DNA of 64,000 bases from an uncultured Gammaproteobacteria bacterium (GTDB taxonomy: Bacteria; Patescibacteriota; Microgenomatia; Daviesbacterales; UBA10151): positions 66,177 through 130,176 of the forward strand of contig CAZFYQ010000002.1 in assembly GCA_964523905.1 (NCBI GenBank), read 5' to 3'. Shown here piece after piece: positions 26,052 to 36,464 of the stretch. A program made the translations under genes and the position numbers. The notes under the pieces were generated by a model that ran no database searches, had not been told where the DNA came from, and was given only the letters and a program-made list of their open reading frames with translations. Position 1 is the stretch's first letter; each line of letters starts with the position of its first letter.

Positions 26052-27480
26052 AGTGGGGGATGGTGTTAAAAAAAAGATTGCTAAGGGGTTTTTAAGTTTA
26101 ACTTTTCGAAAAGCAATTTTACTGGCCATTAATTATTTAACCATTAATATTGTGCTGGCGCGGATTTTGCCGGTTTCCACAATTGGGGTATTTAATATTG
26201 CCTCCTCAATTTTAGCTTTTTTTGCATTTTTTTCTGATATTGGTTTGGCCGCCTCTTTAATCCAAAAAAAAGAAATATCTCTGGAAGATATTAAAACCAC
26301 CTTTACTATCCAGACTATCTTAGCTTTTTCAATCAGCATTATTGTGTTTTTAGCTGCTCCTTATTTTGCTAATTTATATAATCTGGATTTTCAAGGCATG
26401 TGGTTAGTTCGCACTTTAGCCCTAAGTTTTTTCCTAGTTTCTTTAAAAGTAGTGCCCTCGGTTTTGCTGGAGCGGGACTTAAGATTTCAGCCACTGGTAG
26501 CAATTGAAGTAGCAGAAACAATTGTTTTTAATTTGATTTTAACTTTTCTGGTTTTCTCGGGTTTATCAGTTTCTTCTTTTAGTTATGCCACTGCTGCCAG
26601 AAGTATCATTGGAGTGATCTTAATCTATTCCTGGGCACCGTGGAAAGTTTCTTTAGGAGTTTCCAGACAATCAATCAGAGCTTTGCTTAGTTTTGGTTTG
26701 CCGTTTCAGCTAAATTCTTTACTGGCTTTACTAAAAGATCGCTTAGTTCCTCTGGTGATTGCCCGGATGGTTGGTAGTGTGGGAGTAGGACTAATTACCT
26801 GGTCTCAAAGTTTGGCTTTCCTACCTTTAGAGGTGATGAATATTATGACTCGGGTGACTTTTCCGGCTTTTTCCCGCTTGGCTGATAACAAAGAGCACTT
26901 AAGGGAGACTTTAGAAGATTCCTTGTTTGCAACCGGTGTGGTTTTATATCCAATGTTATTTGGATTAAATGCGGTCACTCATAGTTTAATAACGCATGTA
27001 GTATCCAGTAAGTGGCAGCTTGCAGAACCCTTAGTCCACTTGTTTTCAATCGGTGCTTTTTTTGCCACCTTATCCTCTCCTTTTACCAATTTTTTAAACG
27101 CCATTGGCAAGGTCAAAACTACTTTAAAATTAATGGTGATGTGGACGGTTTTAGAATGGTTACTGACTCCGGTATTAACTGTCTACTACGGTTTTTTAGG
27201 TGCCGGAATGGCCTCGGCTTTAATTTCTGTGACCTCAATTATTCCTTTGTTAATTATTAAGAAAATGATGAAAATTGATGTGTTAAAAAATATTTGGCAG
27301 CCGATTTTTGCCTCAGTGGTAATGGGGTTACTGGTTTATATCTTAAGTCCAATGGTAGTTTATAATTTTTTAAGTTTACTTATTCTGGTAGTTATTAGTG
27401 GGCTTTTTTATGTTGGTTTAATGTTACTTTTGGCTAAAAATAGAATGGTGAAATATTATCAAAGTTTTAAACATGGTTAA
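26023..27480 (+). CDS. Wzx-like oligosaccharide flippase / polysaccharide biosynthesis protein (MOP superfamily).
   Basis: It has about 12-14 TM helices and the N-terminal motif KGFLSLTFRKAILLAINYL. The start is uncertain. An in-frame GTG at 26053 lies just after the upstream stop. Confidence 0.55.
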   Translation: MLITGRGLIKVGDGVKKKIAKGFLSLTFRKAILLAINYLTINIVLARILPVSTIGVFNIASSILAFFAFFSDIGLAASLIQKKEISLEDIKTTFTIQTILAFSISIIVFLAAPYFANLYNLDFQGMWLVRTLALSFFLVSLKVVPSVLLERDLRFQPLVAIEVAETIVFNLILTFLVFSGLSVSSFSYATAARSIIGVILIYSWAPWKVSLGVSRQSIRALLSFGLPFQLNSLLALLKDRLVPLVIARMVGSVGVGLITWSQSLAFLPLEVMNIMTRVTFPAFSRLADNKEHLRETLEDSLFATGVVLYPMLFGLNAVTHSLITHVVSSKWQLAEPLVHLFSIGAFFATLSSPFTNFLNAIGKVKTTLKLMVMWTVLEWLLTPVLTVYYGFLGAGMASALISVTSIIPLLIIKKMMKIDVLKNIWQPIFASVVMGLLVYILSPMVVYNFLSLLILVVISGLFYVGLMLLLAKNRMVKYYQSFKHG

Positions 27481-30400
27481 ACTAATTGCTTTAATACTGA
27501 CAATATTTGCTTTTACAACTCCGGTTTTTGCCTCGGGAAATAATTTTGTTAATGTGGTAAATCCGGTAAGAGGTGGAGATTTTTGGTCAATTACCAATCA
27601 GCAGCCGGAAACTGTGGTGGAAGGACAAATTCAAATTTTAAATAAGCTGAATTTACCAGCTACCTGGCTGCTTCGCTTCGACGCCTTAGAAAATCAAAAG
27701 ATTATCACTGATTTAAATAGTCCCATTGATCAAAAAGGTCTATTTTTAGAAGTTACTCCTACTTGGGCCAAGGAGGCAGGAGTAACTTATCAAACAGGAC
27801 CTAGTTGGCATGATGCTGGCAGCGCTTTATTAACCGGCTACAGTCCTAGTGACAGAATAAAGCTAATTGATAGCGCTTTTAATAAATTCAAACAGACTGT
27901 TGGGTTTTATCCAAAAGCAGTTGGTGCTTGGTGGATAGATGCCTATTCCCTGGACTACATGCAAAAAAAATATGGTATTACCTCAAGTATGATAGTTTCC
28001 GATCAGTATAGTACGGATAATTACCAGATCTGGGGCCAGTATTTTTCTACTCCTTACTACCCGGCATTGAAAAACGCTTTGCACCCGGCACAGACCGTGG
28101 ATAATAAAATCCCAGTGGTGATGTTACAGTGGGCGCCTCGTGATCCGGTTAATTCATATGGTAATGGGGTATTTGAAAGTACATTTAGTGTTCAACCAAA
28201 TGATTATATTGATTATCATAAACTAGATGCTAAATATTTCACCAATTTACTAGATTTATATCAAAGCCAAAAGTTTAATAAATTTTCTGAAGTGGTAGTA
28301 GGTTTAGAAAATACTTATCAGTGGAGCAATTATTCTGCGGAATACCAAAACCAAATGCAGGTTTTAGCAAACCAAAGAAATAGTGGGAAAATTTCTTTAA
28401 TAACTATGGATGGGTTTGCTTCCTTTTATAAACAAGCTTTTCCGGATTTATCCCCTACTCAAATAATTGTTGGAAGTGATCCTCTAGGCACTGATAAAAA
28501 AGTAGTCTGGTATATGAATCCCTATTACCGGGCTGGGTGGTTTTACAATAATGAAGGTGCTTTATTTAGGGATATCCGTCAGTATGTTGATGGACAAGAG
28601 GAGCTTTGTTTTAGTACCAGATGCTCGACTGTTAATTTTGCTACCTCTGCCACCAGGGTGTTGGATGAAGTTAGTTTTGGCCAAAAATTATTGCTGGACT
28701 CGGGGAAAATTTCCAATTTTGATGTCACTCAAAATGCAGATAAATTTGTTTTAACATATCAGAACGAAGCCGGTAAACAAAGAGAGGTGGGTTTTCTGCC
28801 CCGGGATATTGAAATTGACGGCAAGGTTAGTTCAATTGATACCACTATTTTAAATGCCACCAAAAATAGTACGAGTAAGTCACCTACGGTTAACCAGACT
28901 ATTAGCGGTCCGTTTATTTTTTCTGTTTCATCAACCATTTTAGAATCCTTAAAGTTTCTACTATTTATAACTTTTGGCATGGTGATTCCGGGAATAGTAT
29001 TTACTAGACTGGCAATTAACCAAAAGTTGGGTTCATTAAACAGATTATTTTTATCAGCTGTTAGCGGTTTGGTGGTTTTTACTTTAATCTTTTATCTTTT
29101 GGCAGAATTTAAATTAACTGTTTTAATTTATGTTTATCTGATTTTGTCATTACTAATCTTTTTGTGGTTTTATGTTAAGGATACTTTAAGTATGGCCTTA
29201 CCAAAAATTAAAAGTATCTATGACTTAGGACTTGTGATCATAGTTACTTTGGGAACTATTTTTCAAGTCCTGCCTACTTTTCAAAGCGGTTTACGGTTTG
29301 GATATGGCATGGGACTGTGGGGACCTAATACCCATGATGGAATGTGGCATCTGGCGTTGATTAATCAGTTATTAAAACAAGTGCCACCGCAAAACCCGAT
29401 TTTTGCCAGAACTATCTTAAAAAATTATCACTATCTATATGATTTATTAGTTGCTGCTACTGTTTCCATATCTAAAGTTCCTGCCACTGATTTAGTATTT
29501 AGATTTTATCCAATCTTATTCTCACTACTTTTGGGAATTGGCAGTTATTATTTAATATCCCGATTATTTAATCAAAAATCTCTGATAAAAATTAAATTAA
29601 TTTCCTTATTTAGTTTGTATTTTATTTACTTTGCCGGATCATTTGGTTGGATTGTGGAATATATTCATCAAAAACATTGGGGAGGGGAGTCGGCTTTTTG
29701 GGCTAACCAATCAATCTCTTTTAATCTTAATCCACCGTTTGCCATCTCTTTGGTAATTATGATTGCGCTATTACAGTTGTTGCCATATTTATCTACTAAA
29801 AACCGAGGGCTCATTATTTTACTATCAATAATTTCCGGAGCTTTAATTTCTTTTAAAGCTTATGCTGGTATTTTAGTATTATCAACACTTCTAACAGTAG
29901 CCATACTAAAACGATCCATGTCCCATTTGTCAGTTTTTGTGCTTAGTTTTTTATTATCAGCATTACTATTTTTATCCAATTTTTCTGTTGGTCAAAGTCT
30001 AATTATGGTTTCACCATTTTGGTTTGTAAATTCAATGATTGATGCACCGGATCGGGTTGGTTGGTATAGGCTTTCTTTAACACGGAATGTGGGACTGGCT
30101 ACTGGTAATTGGTTTAAGTTTATTGGCGCGGAAATTATTAGTCTAGTAATTTTTATTGCGGGGAATTTGGGTACTAGGGTATTTGCGTTAATTAGTTTGA
30201 TTAAATTAAAAGCTATTTGGAAAAATAATCACTATCTATTTTTGCTAATCTTAGGACTCTTTTCATTACTAATTCCGATTATTTTTATTCAGGCAGGAAA
30301 CCCTTGGAATACTATCCAATTTATCTATTACTTTTTATATTTAGCTGCCTTAATAAACGGTGTAGTCATGGTTAAAATGCTAACAAAGTTTAACAAGGTA

Positions 30401-30895
30401 GTAGGTTTTTTACTGTGTTTCGTAATTTTAACCTTAACACCAATTAATGCTTGGACTACTGCTAAGGGTTACCTAAACGAGCAACCTCATGCTTATATCA
30501 GTAATGATGAGTTAAGTGCTTTACAATTTCTTAAGGATCAGCCGGATGGAGTGGTACTGACCTATCCTTATGATAGTAATCTAAAAGGCGGTATTGCCCA
30601 GCCCTGGCCACTGGTTGCCTATGACAGCACGGCTTATGTAGCAGCTTTTAGTAATAAACCAAGTTTTCTGGAAGATGAAGCCCAAAACCAGATTTTATTA
30701 ACTAATAATCAAAAGAGATTAATTGCATCAAAAGATTTTTTTACCCAGCCAAATCCTGATTTAAATTTTCTAAGGAAAAATCAGATTAAATACATTTATC
30801 TTCCCAAAATATATAATGTAAGGGTTGATCAAAGTCAGGGTAGCATTAAAACTTTGCTGGAAAATAGCCAGGTAGTTATTTATGAAATCAATTAG
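27473..30895 (+). CDS. Very large protein (family B). It has a signal peptide, an extracytoplasmic domain of about 480 aa and a polytopic domain of about 650 aa.
   Basis: It is 1140 aa. The membrane domain block HDGMWHLALINQLLKQVPPQNPIFA is shared with 34397..36376 (HDGLWHISLMQEYQKGYPLQNPVFA). Confidence 0.5.
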   Translation: MVKLIALILTIFAFTTPVFASGNNFVNVVNPVRGGDFWSITNQQPETVVEGQIQILNKLNLPATWLLRFDALENQKIITDLNSPIDQKGLFLEVTPTWAKEAGVTYQTGPSWHDAGSALLTGYSPSDRIKLIDSAFNKFKQTVGFYPKAVGAWWIDAYSLDYMQKKYGITSSMIVSDQYSTDNYQIWGQYFSTPYYPALKNALHPAQTVDNKIPVVMLQWAPRDPVNSYGNGVFESTFSVQPNDYIDYHKLDAKYFTNLLDLYQSQKFNKFSEVVVGLENTYQWSNYSAEYQNQMQVLANQRNSGKISLITMDGFASFYKQAFPDLSPTQIIVGSDPLGTDKKVVWYMNPYYRAGWFYNNEGALFRDIRQYVDGQEELCFSTRCSTVNFATSATRVLDEVSFGQKLLLDSGKISNFDVTQNADKFVLTYQNEAGKQREVGFLPRDIEIDGKVSSIDTTILNATKNSTSKSPTVNQTISGPFIFSVSSTILESLKFLLFITFGMVIPGIVFTRLAINQKLGSLNRLFLSAVSGLVVFTLIFYLLAEFKLTVLIYVYLILSLLIFLWFYVKDTLSMALPKIKSIYDLGLVIIVTLGTIFQVLPTFQSGLRFGYGMGLWGPNTHDGMWHLALINQLLKQVPPQNPIFARTILKNYHYLYDLLVAATVSISKVPATDLVFRFYPILFSLLLGIGSYYLISRLFNQKSLIKIKLISLFSLYFIYFAGSFGWIVEYIHQKHWGGESAFWANQSISFNLNPPFAISLVIMIALLQLLPYLSTKNRGLIILLSIISGALISFKAYAGILVLSTLLTVAILKRSMSHLSVFVLSFLLSALLFLSNFSVGQSLIMVSPFWFVNSMIDAPDRVGWYRLSLTRNVGLATGNWFKFIGAEIISLVIFIAGNLGTRVFALISLIKLKAIWKNNHYLFLLILGLFSLLIPIIFIQAGNPWNTIQFIYYFLYLAALINGVVMVKMLTKFNKVVGFLLCFVILTLTPINAWTTAKGYLNEQPHAYISNDELSALQFLKDQPDGVVLTYPYDSNLKGGIAQPWPLVAYDSTAYVAAFSNKPSFLEDEAQNQILLTNNQKRLIASKDFFTQPNPDLNFLRKNQIKYIYLPKIYNVRVDQSQGSIKTLLENSQVVIYEIN

Positions 30896-32504
30896 TAAAT
30901 CAATTCAAATACTACTGCTCATACTGTTTGTGGCATTAATTTTGCGAGTGGTTTTTATTAACTCCAGCCCGCTTTCTTTATACGGCGATGAATTGACGAT
31001 TACCTTAGACGCTAATTCTTTAATTCGTACCGGTTACGATCAGTTGGGTAATATTTTACCTTTAACTTTTCCAATGGGAGCAGGTAGACCAGGAGGATAT
31101 GTTTATTTTTCAATGCCGTTTATGCTGCTTTTTGGCCCAACTGCCTTAGGAGTTAGAGCACTGTCTATCTTATCAGGTCTGGGAATTATTACGCTTTTAT
31201 ATTTTATCTGTAGAAAATTATTTTCTGAGAAAGCCGCAGTAATGGTGGCAATTATGGCAGCAATTGATCCTTGGGAAATCTCTTTAAGCAGGGGAGGGTT
31301 TGAGGCTCATTTTGCTCTGTTTTTGCTACTTTTGGGACTTTATTTTCTGTTAAAAGCTAAGGAAAAGCCTATTTTTTATTTATGGTCAGCTATTAGTTTG
31401 GGTCTGACAGTGCACACCTATCCTACATATAAAGTGACCTTGCCCTTGTTTTTACTGCTGGCTGTTTGGTTTATTGGATTTAAACAAATGATTGGTGAAT
31501 CGAGAAAATATTTTATCAGTGGCCTGGTGATTTTATGTTTAATTGGACTAGTGGCTTTTAGCCAAACTTTTATTGGTGGATCGGAAGTGAGATTTTTTAG
31601 TATCAATGTTTTTTCACAAACAGATATTAAAGCAATGATTGAACAAAAACTTAATCTGGAAAGAAGTATCACAGTTTTGCCAGAATCTTTGGCGAAATTT
31701 TTTCATAATAAACCAGTTGAGTATTTCAAAATTTTATCTGAAAATTATTTACATAATTTTTCCTTTGATTTTTTGTTTATTCATGGTGACCGTAACCCCC
31801 GACATAATATGACCACCATGGGCGAATTTTACGCAGCAGAAATGGTTCTGATATTAATTGGACTGTTGTCTTTGGCGGGAAACAAAAAAACTTTGTTTTT
31901 TTTGATAAGCTGGATTTTAATTGGTCCTTTGGCTAGTGCGGTGATCGGAGACCCACATGCTTTAAGAAGTGCTTTGGAATTTGCTCCATTAACTATTTTA
32001 TCTGGCCTTGGGCTGCTTGCGTTATATAACCAAAAAAGTAAATTGCCATTAATGCTGGTCAGTTTTGCTTTAATTATACAAATGATTTTCTTTTTGCAAA
32101 AATTATATTTTCTGGCACCTAGGGAATATGCCAATTTCTGGGCCTATTCGGCAAAATTGGCAACCAATATTGTGTTAGAAAATAGATCTCAATATGATTA
32201 TATTTTTGTATCCGATCAAATTGACAGCGTAGAATTTGGTTATCCGGTTTATGCCAAGGTGAACCCGGCTGATGTGATTGATCGTAATAAAAATAAATAT
32301 CAGCTAAATGGCTTAAGTTTTAAAAAGTTTGATAATGTTTACGTAGGTTTTATTCCCAAAACTGACACTGAAAAATTTCTAAACACTATTAAAGGAAAAG
32401 TGTTATTTATTGGGGATGCGGAAATGAGTAAGTATTTAAAGGATTATCAAATTATCAAAGGAGAGGATAAATTTACCACCTTGATTGTAAGTAAACATCT
32501 GTAA
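30882..32504 (+). CDS. PMT/ArnT-like GT-C glycosyltransferase.
   Basis: The loop motif is LYGDELTITLDANSLIRTGYDQLGNILPLTF. It is 540 aa. Confidence 0.55.
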   Translation: MKSISKSIQILLLILFVALILRVVFINSSPLSLYGDELTITLDANSLIRTGYDQLGNILPLTFPMGAGRPGGYVYFSMPFMLLFGPTALGVRALSILSGLGIITLLYFICRKLFSEKAAVMVAIMAAIDPWEISLSRGGFEAHFALFLLLLGLYFLLKAKEKPIFYLWSAISLGLTVHTYPTYKVTLPLFLLLAVWFIGFKQMIGESRKYFISGLVILCLIGLVAFSQTFIGGSEVRFFSINVFSQTDIKAMIEQKLNLERSITVLPESLAKFFHNKPVEYFKILSENYLHNFSFDFLFIHGDRNPRHNMTTMGEFYAAEMVLILIGLLSLAGNKKTLFFLISWILIGPLASAVIGDPHALRSALEFAPLTILSGLGLLALYNQKSKLPLMLVSFALIIQMIFFLQKLYFLAPREYANFWAYSAKLATNIVLENRSQYDYIFVSDQIDSVEFGYPVYAKVNPADVIDRNKNKYQLNGLSFKKFDNVYVGFIPKTDTEKFLNTIKGKVLFIGDAEMSKYLKDYQIIKGEDKFTTLIVSKHL

Positions 32505-33766
32505 TGTTTCACGCTTTAGATAATATCAGTTTAAAAAAATTATTTATTCTGGCAATCCTTCTAAGACTTTTGGTGATGCCGTTTTATTTTCATCCGGATA
32601 TTAAAACAACTTATTTTCAAACTTCATTTTTAAGTAAAGGGGTAGTTAATATTTATACATATATCAGTAACAATAAAACTAGCTTGCCTGTTAGAGATGA
32701 TTTTACATATTTTCCCTTAACCTATTTTTTGCTGGGTGGTTATGAAATTTTAGTATCACCAATATTAGGAATTGATTTTCAAAAATGGTTATTTGATGCC
32801 TCAACTTACGCCCCAACCGCCGCTCATATTTTTAAATATCTATTTGTTTTAAAGCTGCCATATCTAGTTTTAGATATCTTAACCGGCTTTTTATTAATGC
32901 AATTTTTTGTAAATAGGCAGGATCAAAAAAAGGCTGCTGTTTTTTGGTTATTTAATCCAATTTGGCTAATTCTAATTCACATATATAGTAACTTTGATAT
33001 TATTCCGGTTTTCATTACCACAGCCGCATTACTGCTATTTATCAAAGGCAAGAATTTTCTGTCAGCTGTTTTAATTGGGGTCGCTGCTGGTTTTAAAGCC
33101 TATCCGCTACTTTTTTTACCATTTATGATGCTTTATACAAAAAATCTTAAGCAGTCGCTGGTCACTTTATTATCAGGCCTGATAACATTTATATTAATTG
33201 TCTTACCTTTTTGGTCAGAAAGTTTTAAAAATCAGGCTTTAGTGTCAGGACTAACCTCGCGAATCTTTTTATCTAGTATTAGTATCGGATTTGGTGAAGC
33301 CTTGCCGGTTTCAATTATTTTATTTTCTCTACTGTTTTTCTATTGTTTAAATAAAAAAGATAAAAAAAGAGAGGATGTGCTACCGGTTTTACTGGCAGAG
33401 CTATTAATTTTATTTTCCTTTATACATTTCCATATTGCCTGGCTGCTTTGGCTGGCGCCGCTTTTTACCATTATTTTAATCATGAAAACTGCTTTGCAAA
33501 AGATTTTATATCTTAATTTAATAATTGCTTTTTTAATCCCTCTGTTATATCAAGATCAGTCAATGACTTTTGGGCTGCTTAGGGCCATTAGTCCAATTTA
33601 TAATCAACTACCAATGCCTTTTGTAATATTGCAGCACTTTTATGATCCTTATCTGGTACAGAGTGCCCTGCAAAGTGCACTAGCAGGAGGAAGCTTAATA
33701 TTGATTTGGAATTTGTTCCAGGCAAACCCTGAAAGAACAAGTTCTTTAAGAGAAGAAAAAATATGA
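32504..33766 (+). CDS. DUF2029/GT87-like polytopic membrane protein (putative GT-C).
   Basis: WLFNPIWLILIHIYSNFDIIPVFITTAALLLFIKGKNF...GFKAYPLLFLPF is paralogous to 39232..40371. Confidence 0.4.
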   Translation: MFHALDNISLKKLFILAILLRLLVMPFYFHPDIKTTYFQTSFLSKGVVNIYTYISNNKTSLPVRDDFTYFPLTYFLLGGYEILVSPILGIDFQKWLFDASTYAPTAAHIFKYLFVLKLPYLVLDILTGFLLMQFFVNRQDQKKAAVFWLFNPIWLILIHIYSNFDIIPVFITTAALLLFIKGKNFLSAVLIGVAAGFKAYPLLFLPFMMLYTKNLKQSLVTLLSGLITFILIVLPFWSESFKNQALVSGLTSRIFLSSISIGFGEALPVSIILFSLLFFYCLNKKDKKREDVLPVLLAELLILFSFIHFHIAWLLWLAPLFTIILIMKTALQKILYLNLIIAFLIPLLYQDQSMTFGLLRAISPIYNQLPMPFVILQHFYDPYLVQSALQSALAGGSLILIWNLFQANPERTSSLREEKI

Positions 33767-34440
33767 AAAGTATAATAACCACTGTTTCCATAATTTTGCT
33801 GCTTATTGTATTGCCTGCTCTGCTTACTTTGGGAGTTAGATACTTACCTGATAGATATCAACCATCCTTAGATAAAGTATTTGATCTTTATGGACCGACT
33901 TCCTTATCTCAGAGTTTTATAGCAACAGATGATAACCTTGCCATAATTGGTCTAAGTATTAAAAATCCTAATCTACAAAACAAAAAAGATCTAACCCTAA
34001 CAGTTGTTGATAGCGGTAACAATATTTTGAGCACATCTACACTAAATGGAGCTTCGATTCCGGATGGTGATTTTGTGAAATTTAAATTCTCACCGATTAT
34101 CAGTAGCAAAAGTAAGCATTTAACATTTGTCTTGTCATCGCCATCTTCCAATAGAAATGACGCTTTGGAAATATTTTTGACAAAACAAAAACTGACCGGG
34201 GTAGATGACTTAAAGAAATTACCTCTTAGTGTTGACGCATCTGATGTGGCTTCCACCAGTGCCTCATTTGTGCCTTTTTATAAGGTAAACTCGCCGCTTT
34301 CTTTAATTAAAAATACGGTTTCAGATTTTTCCAGTCGCTTTTTTGCAGATCGAATTTTTGCAGTTTGCTATATTCTGCTAGTAGCTCTACTTTTAATTAC
34401 TTTACTTGCCAAATTTCCACTAAATCGTTTGAGAAAATAG
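33763..34440 (+). CDS. Hypothetical bitopic protein with N- and C-terminal TM helices and an extracytoplasmic Ser/Asn-rich middle region.
   Basis: It is 225 aa. Its 3' end overlaps the convergent gene by 44 nt. Confidence 0.35.
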   Translation: MKSIITTVSIILLLIVLPALLTLGVRYLPDRYQPSLDKVFDLYGPTSLSQSFIATDDNLAIIGLSIKNPNLQNKKDLTLTVVDSGNNILSTSTLNGASIPDGDFVKFKFSPIISSKSKHLTFVLSSPSSNRNDALEIFLTKQKLTGVDDLKKLPLSVDASDVASTSASFVPFYKVNSPLSLIKNTVSDFSSRFFADRIFAVCYILLVALLLITLLAKFPLNRLRK

Positions 34441-36376
34441 GTTTTAAGTCGGTTTTGGTTAGATCTACTAGGGGTTTTTGGGCTTTGGGAAAATATAGAT
34501 AACTGACATTTAGGGCTTTGATTCTAGATTCAAAAGTTTTCGGCTCAGTCTCTAAAAACAATTCTTGTTGGGTGTTTAGTCTTGGTTTTAAGTCGTATCC
34601 CATGATATCAACTTGTTCTGTATCTGCCAGATAAGTTCTTCTATTAGATAGGGCTGTCACATAGCCCGTGTCAGACCAATCCCATATTTGCGGGACAATG
34701 GATGGTAAGTTTAAGTATTGGTTGTATGGCGGCGTTAAAACTACACTGTTATCGTCTGAATTCTGTTTCAAAAAATTAAGAGCTACGAGTTCCTTTTGAT
34801 CGACTTTGGCAAAAGGAGGCCGGCTATAAAAGCTATTAATTAATGAAATCTGTGTAGGAACTGCTAACAAGATAATTAAAAAACCGAGCAGGAAATTTAT
34901 GAAGCGGTACTTAATTTTTTTAGATATTTCACTGACAAAAACCGCAGAGATTATTCCCATTAGCAGTAAATAGTATTGCAAAAACTGAATTGAATTTGAG
35001 GCCACCCCTTTTTGCAAAAAAAGCATCGGTAAAATAAATGAGATCAAAATGATCAGAATTATTATCAAATTTAAATGATTACTAAAAGATTTTTTAATAA
35101 GTCTTGGTAGGGAAAATAGAGCTAAAAATCTCATGCCAAGATTTCCAAAAAAGAAAATTAAAAAAGCCTCAGTTTCTAGCTGGATCACTCTTTTCCAGTT
35201 ATGGTCGGCAATATAGGTTTGTCTCCGGAGCTCCATATCCAGTTGGTTTAATCTGTCTGGAGTCACAACCATGGTTCTGACATACCACCATGGCTGAAAT
35301 ATTAAAAAAGCGCCTGAGTCTTGAGAGTTTGGTAAATAAAGTATTGCAGAAAGTATGCTGCTGCTAAAAAACAAAGATAGGATATTAAACTTTCTTTCTC
35401 TGATTAATTGCCAAAGGCCTACTAAGCCTAAGCTGGCTAAGATGACCACCGCTCCATAAACTTTAAATACTGCCAGGGTTCCTGCCAAAATTGTGCACAC
35501 AAAAAATAAATATTTGGTCTGTTTTTCGATAAAAAAACTAAATAAATACAAAAAAGCTAAAACAATAATAAAAGCCGCGGCTTGAGGGGGATTACCAATT
35601 GAGCTTTGGACTTGTGAGGCCCAGAAGATACTTTCTCCGCCAATAGAACGGTCTTTTAAGTAAGTGAGAATATAACCAAAGCTACCGGCAAAATAAGTAA
35701 AAACTGTCGCCCAAAGACCGGTTTGAAAATTACCACCCAGCTTTTTTCCTAACAGATATGCTAGTCCGCCTAAGAGTATTGAGAAAAGCAAAGGAAAAAA
35801 TCTAAAATAAAGATCAAACAAGGAAAATTTAAAAAACAAATTAAAATCAGATGGGGCAATATCAGAAAAAAAATGATAATTTACTAGTCTGGTACCGGCA
35901 AAGACCGGGTTTTGCAGAGGATAACCTTTTTGATATTCCTGCATTAAACTAATGTGCCACAGCCCATCATGGCCATGAGAACTCCAAAACACTAAATCTC
36001 CATTTAAATTAATTCCGCTAGGTGCAATTATGAGCAATTGTCCGGTGATGCCAATGATAAAGACTAGTAAAATTAAACTAAGTCTTTTTCCAGAAGGTCG
36101 GGTGTATTTTTTAAACAGGTTAGGTAGTTTTTTAATCTCCAGAAAAGAAAATATCAAAATTAGCGGTAACAATAGAAAATGTAACTTTATAACACTAAAC
36201 AAATAAGAAACTAAAGAAAAAAATACCAGTCCTACCACAGACCCCAGGATAATTTTTTCCCAGAAATTTAATTTATCTGTAGACTTTTCTAAAAAATAAA
36301 TGCCTGGTAGAGTAAAAAAAGCTGTTGCAAGGCCAATAAAAGCCACTAACTGAACTATCAGTAAAACGAAATACAT
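34397..36376 (-). CDS. Family B polytopic membrane protein. It is a paralog of the membrane domain of 27473..30895.
   Basis: It is about 659 aa. It shares the HDGLWH block and a C-terminal pattern with the 1140-aa protein. The first ATG is at 36376, and there is a GTG at 36382. Confidence 0.5.
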   Translation of the reverse strand: MYFVLLIVQLVAFIGLATAFFTLPGIYFLEKSTDKLNFWEKIILGSVVGLVFFSLVSYLFSVIKLHFLLLPLILIFSFLEIKKLPNLFKKYTRPSGKRLSLILLVFIIGITGQLLIIAPSGINLNGDLVFWSSHGHDGLWHISLMQEYQKGYPLQNPVFAGTRLVNYHFFSDIAPSDFNLFFKFSLFDLYFRFFPLLFSILLGGLAYLLGKKLGGNFQTGLWATVFTYFAGSFGYILTYLKDRSIGGESIFWASQVQSSIGNPPQAAAFIIVLAFLYLFSFFIEKQTKYLFFVCTILAGTLAVFKVYGAVVILASLGLVGLWQLIRERKFNILSLFFSSSILSAILYLPNSQDSGAFLIFQPWWYVRTMVVTPDRLNQLDMELRRQTYIADHNWKRVIQLETEAFLIFFFGNLGMRFLALFSLPRLIKKSFSNHLNLIIILIILISFILPMLFLQKGVASNSIQFLQYYLLLMGIISAVFVSEISKKIKYRFINFLLGFLIILLAVPTQISLINSFYSRPPFAKVDQKELVALNFLKQNSDDNSVVLTPPYNQYLNLPSIVPQIWDWSDTGYVTALSNRRTYLADTEQVDIMGYDLKPRLNTQQELFLETEPKTFESRIKALNVSYLYFPKAQKPLVDLTKTDLKPIFSNDLVEIWQVK

Positions 36377-36464
36377 ATTCACATTATGCCAGAAAGGATC
36401 GTTAGAAACTAGCTGAAGGTGGATTTGATTTTACATACACCCCCTAAATTAGTAAGATAAGACT

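Noticed and set aside
36383-36464. A sigma70-like promoter in the divergent gap between 34397..36376 and 36465..37349.
   Set aside because: TTGATT and TAAGAT-like hexamers are present, but the spacing is non-canonical. It is too weak to call without transcript data.
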